The position numbers and the translations under genes are program-made. Under the pieces are notes generated by a model, which did no database searches, was not told the origin of the DNA, and saw only the letters and a list, made by a program, of their open reading frames with translations. Of a stretch of 64,000 nt of DNA, positions 27,976 to 36,670 are shown in pieces (within the stretch, counting starts at the first letter, position 1; each line of letters starts with the position of its first letter). The stretch spans positions 21,611-85,610 of the forward strand of contig VBCA01000001.1 in NCBI GenBank assembly GCA_005881575.1. Direction: 5' to 3'. The DNA is from Betaproteobacteria bacterium. Lineage in GTDB: Bacteria; Pseudomonadota; Gammaproteobacteria; Burkholderiales; SG8-39.

Positions 27976-29774
27976 TCAACCGCCGCGGGCGAGATTTCGC
28001 CGAGAAACTGCAGCGCGGCGAGCCTCGCGTACAAACCCTCCTCGCGCACCAGCTCCGAGTGCGTGCCCGCGGCGATCACCCGGCCCTGGTCCATGACCAC
28101 GATGCGGTCGGCGTTCTTCACGGTGGCGAGGCGGTGCGCGACGACGAGCGTGGTGCGGCCCCGCATCAGATGCTCGAGCGCCTTCTGCACGTAGCTTTCG
28201 CTTTCGGCGTCGAGCGAGCTCGTCGCCTCGTCGAGGAGCAGCAAGGCGCGGTCGGCGAGCAGCGCGCGGGCGATCGACAGGCGCTGGCGCTGGCCTCCAG
28301 AAAGGCGCACGCCGCGCTCTCCGAGAAACGAGTTCATGCCCTCCGGCAAACGCTCGATGAATTCGCTCGCGTAGGCGGCCTTGCAGGCGGCGAGGACCTC
28401 GGCGTCGCTCGCCTCCGGCCTGCCGTAGCGCACGTTCTCGGCGACGCTCGCGGCGAAGATCACCGGGTCCTGCGGCACGAGCGCGATGCGCCTGCGCACC
28501 GCCTTGGGGTCGGCTTTTTTCAGCTCGACGCCGTCCAGCGTGATCGCGCCGCCGTCGGGATCGTAGTAGCGCAGCAGCAACTGCAACACCGTGGACTTGC
28601 CGGCGCCGGAAGGCCCCACCAGCGCGACCTTCTCGCCGCGCGAAACGGAAAGCGAAAAATCGGCGAGCGCCGCGGCGTCCGGGCGCGAGGGATAGTGAAA
28701 CGTGACGCGCTCGAAGCGCATTTCCCCGCGCGGAGGGTCGGGCAGCGCCTGCGGATTGGCCGGCGCGCGGATGGCGGGCTCGGTCACGAGCAGCTCCATC
28801 AGGCGCTCGGTCGCGCCCGCCGCGCGTTGCAGATCGCCGATCACTTCGGACACCGCGCCCACCGCGCCGGCGACGAGCACTGCGTAGAACACGAAGGCCG
28901 AGAGCTCGCCCGCGCTGATCCGTCCGGCAAGCACGTCGTGGCCCCCGATCCAGAGGATGACGCCCACCGCGCCGAACGCGAGCAGCATCACCAGAGCGAC
29001 GAGGAGCGCCCGCTGGCCGATGCGCCTCACCGCGGTGCCGAAGGCCTGCTCGACGCGCTCGCCGAAGCGCTCGCGGTCTCTGTCCTCGTGGACGTAGGAC
29101 TGCACCGTGCGGATCTCGTGCAGGGCTTCGTCGATATAGGCGCTCACGTCGGCGATCCGGTCCTGGCTCGCGCGCGAGAGTTTTCGCACGCGCCGGCCGA
29201 ACAGCAGGATCGGAGCGATCACGAGGGGCACGCCGAGCACCACGAGCGCCGTGAGCTTGGGACTGGTGATCACCAGCATCACCAATGCCCCGAGCATGAT
29301 GAGCGTGTTCCGCAGCGCAAACGAAGCCGAGGAGCCGATCACCACTTCCAGGAGCGCCGTGTCGTTGGTGAGGCGCGAGATCGCTTCGCCGGTGCGTATG
29401 GTCTCGAAGAACCCGGGAGACTGTTCGAGCAGGTGCCCGAACACCGCCCGGCGGATATCGGCCGAAACGCGCTCGCCGATCCAGGACACGGAGTAGAAAC
29501 GCGTATAGGTCGCCAGAGCGAGCACGCAGACGATGGCGAGCAGGGCAAAGAGCGCCGTGTCCAGGGACGCGGGGTCGCTGCCCGAGAAGCCGGCATCGAC
29601 GACGCGCTTCAGGCCCTGGCCCAGGACGAGCACGCAGCCGGCGGCGACCCCGAGCGCGACGCCCGCGACCGCCATGCGCGAACGGTACGGCCAGAGAAAC
29701 CGCAACACCCGTTTGAGCTGGCGGATGTCGCGGTTGGGCGGGCGCTCGGGGATGTTGTCTGTTAGACGCGCCAT
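27972..29774 (-). CDS. ABC transporter ATP-binding/permease protein (exporter-type half transporter, MsbA/Atm1-like)
   Basis: 600 aa with a 6-TM N-terminal domain and an NBD carrying Walker A GPSGAGKST, signature LSGGQRQR and Walker B LLLDEATS. Its stop overlaps the start of the downstream binding-protein/permease gene by 4 nt. Confidence 0.85.
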   Translation of the reverse strand: MARLTDNIPERPPNRDIRQLKRVLRFLWPYRSRMAVAGVALGVAAGCVLVLGQGLKRVVDAGFSGSDPASLDTALFALLAIVCVLALATYTRFYSVSWIGERVSADIRRAVFGHLLEQSPGFFETIRTGEAISRLTNDTALLEVVIGSSASFALRNTLIMLGALVMLVITSPKLTALVVLGVPLVIAPILLFGRRVRKLSRASQDRIADVSAYIDEALHEIRTVQSYVHEDRDRERFGERVEQAFGTAVRRIGQRALLVALVMLLAFGAVGVILWIGGHDVLAGRISAGELSAFVFYAVLVAGAVGAVSEVIGDLQRAAGATERLMELLVTEPAIRAPANPQALPDPPRGEMRFERVTFHYPSRPDAAALADFSLSVSRGEKVALVGPSGAGKSTVLQLLLRYYDPDGGAITLDGVELKKADPKAVRRRIALVPQDPVIFAASVAENVRYGRPEASDAEVLAACKAAYASEFIERLPEGMNSFLGERGVRLSGGQRQRLSIARALLADRALLLLDEATSSLDAESESYVQKALEHLMRGRTTLVVAHRLATVKNADRIVVMDQGRVIAAGTHSELVREEGLYARLAALQFLGEISPAAVE

Positions 29775-29784
29775 GGGTTTGCTG

Positions 29785-31023
29785 TCATGACACCTCCTTC
29801 AGTCGTTCTTCCAGCGCTACGATCCAGTGCTGCACCGTCAATCCGGCAATGGCCGCGAGATGCACTTGGCAGCCGATGTTGGCGGTTGCGATCAGCTCGG
29901 GGCCGCCAGAGCGGAGCGCAGTGAGCTTGTTCCGCCTCAACTTCTCGGACAGATCCGGTTGCAATAAGGAATAAGTCCCGGCGGAACCGCAGCACAGGTG
30001 CGAATCAGGCACCGGCGTCAGCTCGAACCCCGCGCGCGCCAGCACGCGCTCGGTCAGGCCTTTTATGTTTTGCCCGTGCTGCAGGGTGCAGGGGGGGTGG
30101 AAGGCCATGCGAACGCGCGCCTTCTTGGCGAGAATCGGCTCGATGCGGCCGAACTCCGCTTCGATCACCTCGCTGATGTCGCGCGTCATTGCGCTGATTT
30201 TCTCAGCCTTTCCGGCGTATTGCGGATCGTGCCGAAGGAGATGCGCGTAATCCTTTACGACCACCCCGCAGCCGCTCGCGGTCATGACGATGGCCTCGAC
30301 CCCACCGCGTTCGACCATCGGCCACCAGCGGTCGATCATCGCGCGCATGTCGGCGAGACCCTCTTCCTGGTAGCCGATATGGAAGCGCAGCGCGCCGCAG
30401 CAGCCGGCGCCTTTCTCCTCGACGAGCGAGATGCCGATTCGATCGAGCACGCGCGCCGCCGCCGCGTTGATGTCGGGGGAGAGCGCAGGCTGCACGCAGC
30501 CGGCGAGCGCGAGCATTTTCCTGGCGTGGCGCGGCGCGGGCCACTCGCCCGCTGCCGGCGTCGCGGGCGGCACTTTTTCGGCGAGGCTCTCGGTGAGGAA
30601 CGGCCGCGCGAGCCGGCCGAGCTTCAAGAGAGGCGCGAACAGGGAACGACGCGGCACGATCGCCGCGAGCGCGCGGCGCTTGACGCGTTCCCACGCGGGC
30701 CGCGCCGTTTTTTCCTCGACCAGCTTGCGCCCGATGTCGAGCAGGCGCCCGTACTGCACGCCCGACGGGCAGGTCGTCTCGCAGGCGCGGCAGGTGAGAC
30801 AGCGGTCGAGGTGCAGCCGCGTCCTGTCGGTGATCTCCTGCCCCTCGAGCGCCTGCTTCATGAGGTAAATGCGGCCGCGCGGGCCGTCGTTCTCGTCGCC
30901 GAGGAGCTGATAGGTCGGACAGGTGGCGGTGCAGAAGCCGCAGTGCACGCACTTACGCAGGATGGAGTCGGCCTCGCGTCCTTCCGGCGTGTCGCGGATG
31001 AAATCGGCCAGAGCGGTCTGCAT
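29785..31023 (-). CDS. glcF: glycolate oxidase iron-sulfur subunit
   Basis: 412 aa with two ferredoxin-type clusters (CVHCGFCTATCP; CLTCRACETTCP) and C-terminal CCG domains. Confidence 0.85.
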   Translation of the reverse strand: MQTALADFIRDTPEGREADSILRKCVHCGFCTATCPTYQLLGDENDGPRGRIYLMKQALEGQEITDRTRLHLDRCLTCRACETTCPSGVQYGRLLDIGRKLVEEKTARPAWERVKRRALAAIVPRRSLFAPLLKLGRLARPFLTESLAEKVPPATPAAGEWPAPRHARKMLALAGCVQPALSPDINAAAARVLDRIGISLVEEKGAGCCGALRFHIGYQEEGLADMRAMIDRWWPMVERGGVEAIVMTASGCGVVVKDYAHLLRHDPQYAGKAEKISAMTRDISEVIEAEFGRIEPILAKKARVRMAFHPPCTLQHGQNIKGLTERVLARAGFELTPVPDSHLCCGSAGTYSLLQPDLSEKLRRNKLTALRSGGPELIATANIGCQVHLAAIAGLTVQHWIVALEERLKEVS

Positions 31024-31036
31024 CAGGGAATTCCCG

Positions 31037-32119
31037 TCACAGCTCCGGGTACATCCGCCCGCGGTTGAAGACGCCCTGCGGATCGAACTCCCGCTTGAGC
31101 TCCTTGTGGATCTTCATGAGGGCCGGGGCGAGCGGCTGAAAAACGCCGACCGACTTGTCGCCGCCGCGAAAGAGCGTGGCGTGACCGCGCGCCCGTTTCG
31201 CCGCATCGCGGACGGTGCGCGCGTCGGCGCGCGAGCAAAGCCAGCGCAGCGCCCCGCCCCACTCGATAAGCGGCTCCCCGGGAAGCTTGAGGGGCGGGGT
31301 GGTCGACGGAACCGAGATGCGCCACAGCGGCGCGTCGTTCCTGAAAAACGGATCGGTCTGCTCGCGAATCCCCGTCCAGAAGCGCTCGCCTTGCTCAGGC
31401 TCGACGAGCTCGCCGCCGATTTGTTTTTGCGCGGCGGCGACCGCGGCAGCCGCGCCCGAGAGGCGCACCGCGAGCTCTCCGCCGGTCCAGGCGCTCGCGC
31501 CGATCGGCAGGGGCTTTCCGCCCCAGCGGTTGAGTTGTTCGATCGCCTTGTCCTCGGGCAGCTCGAGCCTGAGCGTCGCCTCGGCCGCGGGGCGAGGCAG
31601 CGCCTTGAGCGAGACGTCCAGGATGATGCCGAGGGTGCCGAGCGACCCCGCCATCAGGCGCGAGACGTCGTAGCCGGCGACGTTTTTCATGACCTGCCCG
31701 CCGAAGCTGAGCACGTCCCCGCGCCCGTCCATGATCTTCACGCCGAGCACGAAATCGCGCAGCGCGCCAGCCGCTTGGCGGCGCGGTCCCGAAAGCCCGG
31801 CCGCCACCATGCCGCCTAGCGTGGCCCCTTCGCCGAAATGCGGCGGCTCGAAGGCGAGCATCTGCCCGCGTTCGCGCATTGCCGACTCGGTGGCGGCGAG
31901 CCGTGTGCCGCAGCGCGCGGTGATCACGAGCTCCGAGGGCTCGTAGGTAACGATGCCGCTGTAGCCGCGCGTATCGAGAACCTCGCCTTCGAGAGCGTTG
32001 CCGTAGAAGTCCTTGGTGCCGCCGCCGCGCAAGCGCAGCGCGCGCTTCGAGCGACTCGCCGCGCGTACCGTTTCGGACAGCTTCTCGAGCACCGCGTCCA
32101 TTGCGTCGGACAGTATCAC
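31037..32119 (-). CDS. glcE: glycolate oxidase FAD-binding subunit
   Basis: 360 aa with an FAD-binding PCMH-type domain (LRLRGGGTKDFYG). Positioned between glcD and glcF. Confidence 0.8.
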   Translation of the reverse strand: MILSDAMDAVLEKLSETVRAASRSKRALRLRGGGTKDFYGNALEGEVLDTRGYSGIVTYEPSELVITARCGTRLAATESAMRERGQMLAFEPPHFGEGATLGGMVAAGLSGPRRQAAGALRDFVLGVKIMDGRGDVLSFGGQVMKNVAGYDVSRLMAGSLGTLGIILDVSLKALPRPAAEATLRLELPEDKAIEQLNRWGGKPLPIGASAWTGGELAVRLSGAAAAVAAAQKQIGGELVEPEQGERFWTGIREQTDPFFRNDAPLWRISVPSTTPPLKLPGEPLIEWGGALRWLCSRADARTVRDAAKRARGHATLFRGGDKSVGVFQPLAPALMKIHKELKREFDPQGVFNRGRMYPEL

Positions 32120-32126
32120 CGGAGCC

Positions 32127-32906
32127 TCAATTGAAGGAAATCCCGACGATGGCCTTGACGGTCCAGTTATCGGTGGCGGGCGTCAGCCCGTGGCCGACTC
32201 CGAAATTGAGCGACCAGGACTTGCGCTCGATTTCCATCACCGCGTACAGCGTGCGGTTCTGCTGGTCGCGCGGCAGCCGGTTCGCGAGCGTGCCGATGTC
32301 CCCGTAATACTCGGCACCGAGCGCAACTCCTTGAGCGACGTCGTGCACTGCCTTCCAGGCGAGGTTGACGTCGGGACTGCCGCGAAACCCCGGTGAAAGC
32401 CCCCACTCGAGTATGGGATTCACTCCGATCAGCCAGTCGGGGCCGCGGTAGCCTCCGATGACGCGAACCTCGTCGTTCCAGCGGGAGTCGGAGAAGGCCT
32501 TGGTGAGGTTGGAGAGCTCGTTGTTGATCCCGAAGTACCAGCCGCCCTTGCCTTCCACGCCGTGCAGCGGCAGCCATTTCGTGCGCAGCTTCACGCCTCC
32601 GAAATGATAGTGCCACTGCGCATCGGTCGCTGTCGGAAGATACAAGCCCCAATCGAAATCATTGCCCAAGCCCCAGGAAAATTCCGGCGTGATCCGGACT
32701 CCGTGATGAGGCGGTACATCGCCAGGGTAATCGGGCGTCCTTCTTCCGCTCGGCGTGGTATTGACGTGGAGCTCGAGGCCGCTCTCGCCGCGGTAATCGA
32801 GATCGTCGGTATACACCTGGATCTCGTCGACGATCGCGAGCGCATCGGGCCACCAGCACAAGCCGGCGCCCAGCATCAGGGCCGAGGCCAGCCAACCGGC
32901 ACGCAC
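32127..32906 (-). CDS. putative outer-membrane beta-barrel protein (MetA-pathway/transporter-like)
   Basis: 259 aa with a signal-like N-terminus ending ALA. It shows an alternating amphipathic beta-strand pattern rich in G/Y/W and ends ...WTVKAIVGISFN. The GTG start immediately follows the glcD stop. Confidence 0.5.
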   Translation of the reverse strand: MRAGWLASALMLGAGLCWWPDALAIVDEIQVYTDDLDYRGESGLELHVNTTPSGRRTPDYPGDVPPHHGVRITPEFSWGLGNDFDWGLYLPTATDAQWHYHFGGVKLRTKWLPLHGVEGKGGWYFGINNELSNLTKAFSDSRWNDEVRVIGGYRGPDWLIGVNPILEWGLSPGFRGSPDVNLAWKAVHDVAQGVALGAEYYGDIGTLANRLPRDQQNRTLYAVMEIERKSWSLNFGVGHGLTPATDNWTVKAIVGISFN

Positions 32907-34391
32907 CTAGAATCTCGGCAGCTCGGGATGCGGCAGCTGCCCGGCCTTCACGCGCGTGCGGCCGAACTCGGCGCAACGGTGCAGGGTCGGGATGTTCTTG
33001 CCGGGATTGAGGAGGCCCTCGGGGTCGAAAGCGCGTTTCACGCCTTGGAAGCGCTCGATCTCGGCCGGGGCGAACTGCACGCACATCTGGTTGATCTTCT
33101 CCACGCCCACGCCGTGCTCGCCGGTGATGGTGCCGCCGACCTCGACGCACTTCTCCAGCACTTCGCCCGCGAAGCGCTCGGTGCGCTCGAGCTCCCCGGG
33201 GTCGTTCGCATCGAAAAGGATGAGCGGATGCAGGTTGCCGTCGCCGGCATGGAACACATTGGGACAGCGCAGGCCGTACTTCTTCTCCATCGCGGCGATG
33301 AATTTCAGGATCTCGCCCAATTTCTTCCGCGGTATGGTCCCGTCCATGCAGTAGTAGTCCGGCGAGATGCGGCCCACCGCGGGGAAGGCGGCCTTGCGCC
33401 CGGCCCAGAACTTCTGGCGCTCCGCTTCGGAGCTCGAGACGCGGATGGCCGTCGCACCTGCACGCCGCAGCACCTCCGTCATGCCGGCAATGCCCTCCTC
33501 GACTTCCTCGGGCGTGCCGTCCGCCTCGCAAAGCAGAAGCGCCGCGGCCTCCAGATCGTAGCCGGCGTGCACGAATTCCTCCACCGCGCGCGCGGCCGGC
33601 CGGTCCATCATCTCCAGGCCGGAAGGCACGACGCCCGCCGCGATGACGTCGGCCACCGCATTGCCCGCCTTCTCCACGTCGTCGAACGAAGCGAGGATGA
33701 CGCGGGCCGTTTCGGGGCGGGGCAATAGCTTCACCGTGATCTCGGTCGCGACCGCGAGCATGCCCTCGGACCCGATCATGAGCGCGAGAGTATCGAGCCC
33801 GGGCGAGTCGAGCGCCTCGCTGCCGAACTCGACGACCTCGCCCTCGATCGTGATTGCGCGCACCCGCAGGACGTTGTGCAGCGTGAGGCCGTATTTCAGG
33901 CAGTGGACGCCGCCCGAGTTCTCGGCGACGTTGCCGCCGATCGAGCAGGCGATCTGCGAGGAAGGATCGGGCGCATAGAAGAGACCGAAGGGCGCGGCCG
34001 CATCCGAGATCGCGAGATTGGTGACCCCGGGCTGCACGCGCGCCGTTCGCTCTACCGGGTCGAGCGCGAGGATGCGCCGCATTTTCGCAAGCGACAGCAG
34101 CACGCCGTCCCCCATGGGAAGCGCGCCGCCCGAGAGGCCCGTGCCCGCGCCCCGGGCGACGACCGGTGCTTTCAGCTCGTGGCAGGCGGCGAGCACCTGC
34201 CGCACTTCCTCCTCGTTCGAGGGCAGCGCCACCACCATCGGCAGCTGCCGGTACGCCGAGAGGCCGTCGCATTCGTAGGAGCGCGTGTCTTCTTCCGCGT
34301 GAAGCACGGCTTCCGCAGGCAGTATTTGGCGCAGACGTGCGGCGACTTCCGCTTGGCGGATAAAGTTGATTCCAGTCACCGCGATGTTCAT
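32907..34391 (-). CDS. glcD: glycolate oxidase subunit GlcD (FAD-linked oxidase)
   Basis: 494 aa with FAD-binding domain motifs (VVARGAGTGLSGGA) and a C-terminal FAD-linked oxidase domain (GTITGEHGVG). Confidence 0.9.
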   Translation of the reverse strand: MNIAVTGINFIRQAEVAARLRQILPAEAVLHAEEDTRSYECDGLSAYRQLPMVVALPSNEEEVRQVLAACHELKAPVVARGAGTGLSGGALPMGDGVLLSLAKMRRILALDPVERTARVQPGVTNLAISDAAAPFGLFYAPDPSSQIACSIGGNVAENSGGVHCLKYGLTLHNVLRVRAITIEGEVVEFGSEALDSPGLDTLALMIGSEGMLAVATEITVKLLPRPETARVILASFDDVEKAGNAVADVIAAGVVPSGLEMMDRPAARAVEEFVHAGYDLEAAALLLCEADGTPEEVEEGIAGMTEVLRRAGATAIRVSSSEAERQKFWAGRKAAFPAVGRISPDYYCMDGTIPRKKLGEILKFIAAMEKKYGLRCPNVFHAGDGNLHPLILFDANDPGELERTERFAGEVLEKCVEVGGTITGEHGVGVEKINQMCVQFAPAEIERFQGVKRAFDPEGLLNPGKNIPTLHRCAEFGRTRVKAGQLPHPELPRF

Positions 34392-34401
34392 CCCGACCAG
34401 C

Positions 34402-35178
34402 TTACAAGTATTTCTTTACCCACGCCAAGCCGTCTTCGGTTCTCCCCGCGGGCGCGTATTCCGCACCGATCCAGCCCTTGTAGCCGAGCCGGTCGATGAG
34501 ATCGAACAGGGGCGGGAAATCGATCTCTCCGGTTCCGGGCTCGTGCCGGCCGGGAACGTCGGCGACCTGCATATGCCCGATCCTCGCGATATTCGCCGTC
34601 AGGGTCCCGGCGAGATCGTCTCCCATGGTCCGCATGTGAAAGAGGTCGTACTGCAATCTGAGATTGGCGGCGCCCACCTCGTCCATGAGCGCGAGCGCCT
34701 GCGCCGAGTTGTTCAGATAGAACCCGGGAATCGTCCGCGTGTTGATGGGCTCGACGAGCAAGGTCATGCCATGGCGCGCCAGCTCCACCGCCGCGTAGCG
34801 CAGGTTCCATACGTAGGTCTCGTGCAGCGTCGCTACCTGAACGTCCGGTGGCGTGACGCCGGCGAGACAATTCACTTGTTTGCAACCGAGGGCTTTGGCG
34901 TACTCGAGTGCCTGCGCGATGCTGTCACGGAATTCCGGGACGCGAGAAGGCAAACAAGCGATGCCGCGGTCGCCTTTCTCGGGATCGCCCGCCGGGATGT
35001 TGATGAGCACCACCTCGACGCCGGCATGCTGTGCGATCTGCGCGAGCCGGCCCTTCTCCCAGGTGTAGGGAAACTGGATTTCGACCGCCTTGAAGCCGGC
35101 GTGCGCCGCCGCCTCGAAGCGCTCGGGAAACTCGAGCTCCTTGAACAGCATGCTGATGTTGGCGCAAAACCTCGGCAT
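34402..35178 (-). CDS. hyi: hydroxypyruvate isomerase
   Basis: 258 aa with N-terminus MPRFCANISMLFKELEFPERFEAAAHAGFKAVE and a TIM-barrel xylose-isomerase-like fold characteristic of Hyi. Confidence 0.85.
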   Translation of the reverse strand: MPRFCANISMLFKELEFPERFEAAAHAGFKAVEIQFPYTWEKGRLAQIAQHAGVEVVLINIPAGDPEKGDRGIACLPSRVPEFRDSIAQALEYAKALGCKQVNCLAGVTPPDVQVATLHETYVWNLRYAAVELARHGMTLLVEPINTRTIPGFYLNNSAQALALMDEVGAANLRLQYDLFHMRTMGDDLAGTLTANIARIGHMQVADVPGRHEPGTGEIDFPPLFDLIDRLGYKGWIGAEYAPAGRTEDGLAWVKKYL

Positions 35179-35202
35179 GGTTCCGGGCCTCGAGCGAGAA
35201 CC

Positions 35203-36414
35203 TCAGGCGGGCACGGGCTTGCGGGCAACCGGCCGCTCGTCGATCGGCAGATTCACGACCACGGAAATCACCGACAGCCCGATCGCGATCAGCCACACGA
35301 GCTGGTACGAGCCGGTGCGATCGAAGAGGTAGCCGCCGAGCCAGCCGCCGAAGAAGCTGCCGAGCTGGTGGAAGAAGAACACGAAGCCCGACAGCATGGC
35401 GAGGTGCTTCACGCCGAAAATTCCGGCGACGACGCCGTTGGTGAGCGGCACGGTGCCGAGCCAGAGGAAGCCCATCGCTGCGGCGAAGAGGTAGGCCGAC
35501 ATCGGCGTGAGGGGAAAGACGAGCAGCAGGGCGATTGCGAACCCGCGCGCGGCGTAGAGGCCGGAAAGCAGGTAGGTCTTCGAGAAACGGCTGCCGAGTT
35601 GTCCGGCGAGGTAGGATCCGAAAATATTGAACAAGCCTATCAGCGACAAGCAGATGGTGCCGTCGCGGGCGCTCAGTCCCTGGTCCATCAGGAATGCGGG
35701 AAAGTGCGTGCCGATGAAGACGACCTGGAAGCCGCAGGCGAAGTACCCCACGCCGAGCAGCCAGAAGCCTCTGTGGCGAAAAGCCTCCGCGAGCGCTTCC
35801 TTGAGCGACACGCCCGCGCCGGCGGCTAGCGTACCGTGGTAGCCCTTGTCGGCCACACCGAATGAAGCGGGCACCACCACGGCCACGAGCAGCGACAAGG
35901 CGATCAGCGCGGAATACCAGCCGAGACCGGTGATCAGGACGAGCGCAAGGGGCAGCAGCGCGAACTGGCCGAAGGAGCCCGCGGCGCTCGCGATGCCGAG
36001 CACGACGCTCCGCTTCTCCGCGGAATAGGCGCGCCCGAGCGCGCCGAAGACGATATTGAAAGTCGTGCAGCTCATGCCGATGCCGACAAAGATGCCGATC
36101 GCGAGCGTGAGCCCGAGGGCGCTGCTCGAGTTCGCCATGAACACGAGACCGAGCGCGTAGAGTAGCCCTCCGGCGAAGAGCACCCGCCGCGCGCCGAAGC
36201 GATCCGCGAGCATTCCGGTAAAAGGCTGCGTGATGCCCCACAGCAGGTTCTGCAGCGCCACGGCGAAACCGAACACCTCGCGGCCCCAGCCGTTGTCCAT
36301 GCTCATCGGCTGCAGGAACAGCCCGAAGCCGTGGCGGATGCCGAGCGCGAGCGTGAGGATCAGGCTCGCGCACACCAGCATGACGGTAGGACTGGATTTG
36401 CGGAAATCGGGCAT
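35203..36414 (-). CDS. MFS transporter
   Basis: 403 aa with 12 TM. The MFS loop motif GMLADRFGARRV lies between TM2 and TM3. Confidence 0.8.
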   Translation of the reverse strand: MPDFRKSSPTVMLVCASLILTLALGIRHGFGLFLQPMSMDNGWGREVFGFAVALQNLLWGITQPFTGMLADRFGARRVLFAGGLLYALGLVFMANSSSALGLTLAIGIFVGIGMSCTTFNIVFGALGRAYSAEKRSVVLGIASAAGSFGQFALLPLALVLITGLGWYSALIALSLLVAVVVPASFGVADKGYHGTLAAGAGVSLKEALAEAFRHRGFWLLGVGYFACGFQVVFIGTHFPAFLMDQGLSARDGTICLSLIGLFNIFGSYLAGQLGSRFSKTYLLSGLYAARGFAIALLLVFPLTPMSAYLFAAAMGFLWLGTVPLTNGVVAGIFGVKHLAMLSGFVFFFHQLGSFFGGWLGGYLFDRTGSYQLVWLIAIGLSVISVVVNLPIDERPVARKPVPA

Positions 36415-36469
36415 GTCGGGATTTCAGCGCGGGAAAAGCGTGACAGGATATCACGCAGCGAGCTTCGTG

Positions 36470-36525
36470 ACGGCGTTTGATACCATAGGGATTCCGGTCT
36501 TCACCACGACGTGACGCTTTCGACC
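36470..36525 (+). repeat. 56-bp direct repeat, left copy (degenerate duplicate of the sulP 5' end)
   Basis: acggcgtttgataccatagggattccggtcTtcaccAcgacgtgacgcTttcgacc is 53/56 identical to 39496-39551. It retains GTG ACG CTT TCG ACC (MTLST), against the functional sulP start MTPST in the right copy. Confidence 0.85.
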
Positions 36526-36670
36526 TTTCCCTTCGATGATGCCGCTGGAAATGATCTGAACAACAAAGCGAAAGTCACGATGGGAGAATCCTATGGATTC
36601 CTTATCGTGTCACGGAACTGGCCCTATACCACTCACTTGGTACGTTGCCCGAACCGACTTACCACAAATT

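Noticed and set aside
29761-29767. Isolated GTTAGAC heptamer (attC core-like) near the start of the ABC exporter gene.
   Set aside because: No paired inverse core and no palindromic inner arms are present, and it lies within or adjacent to coding sequence. It is best explained by chance.
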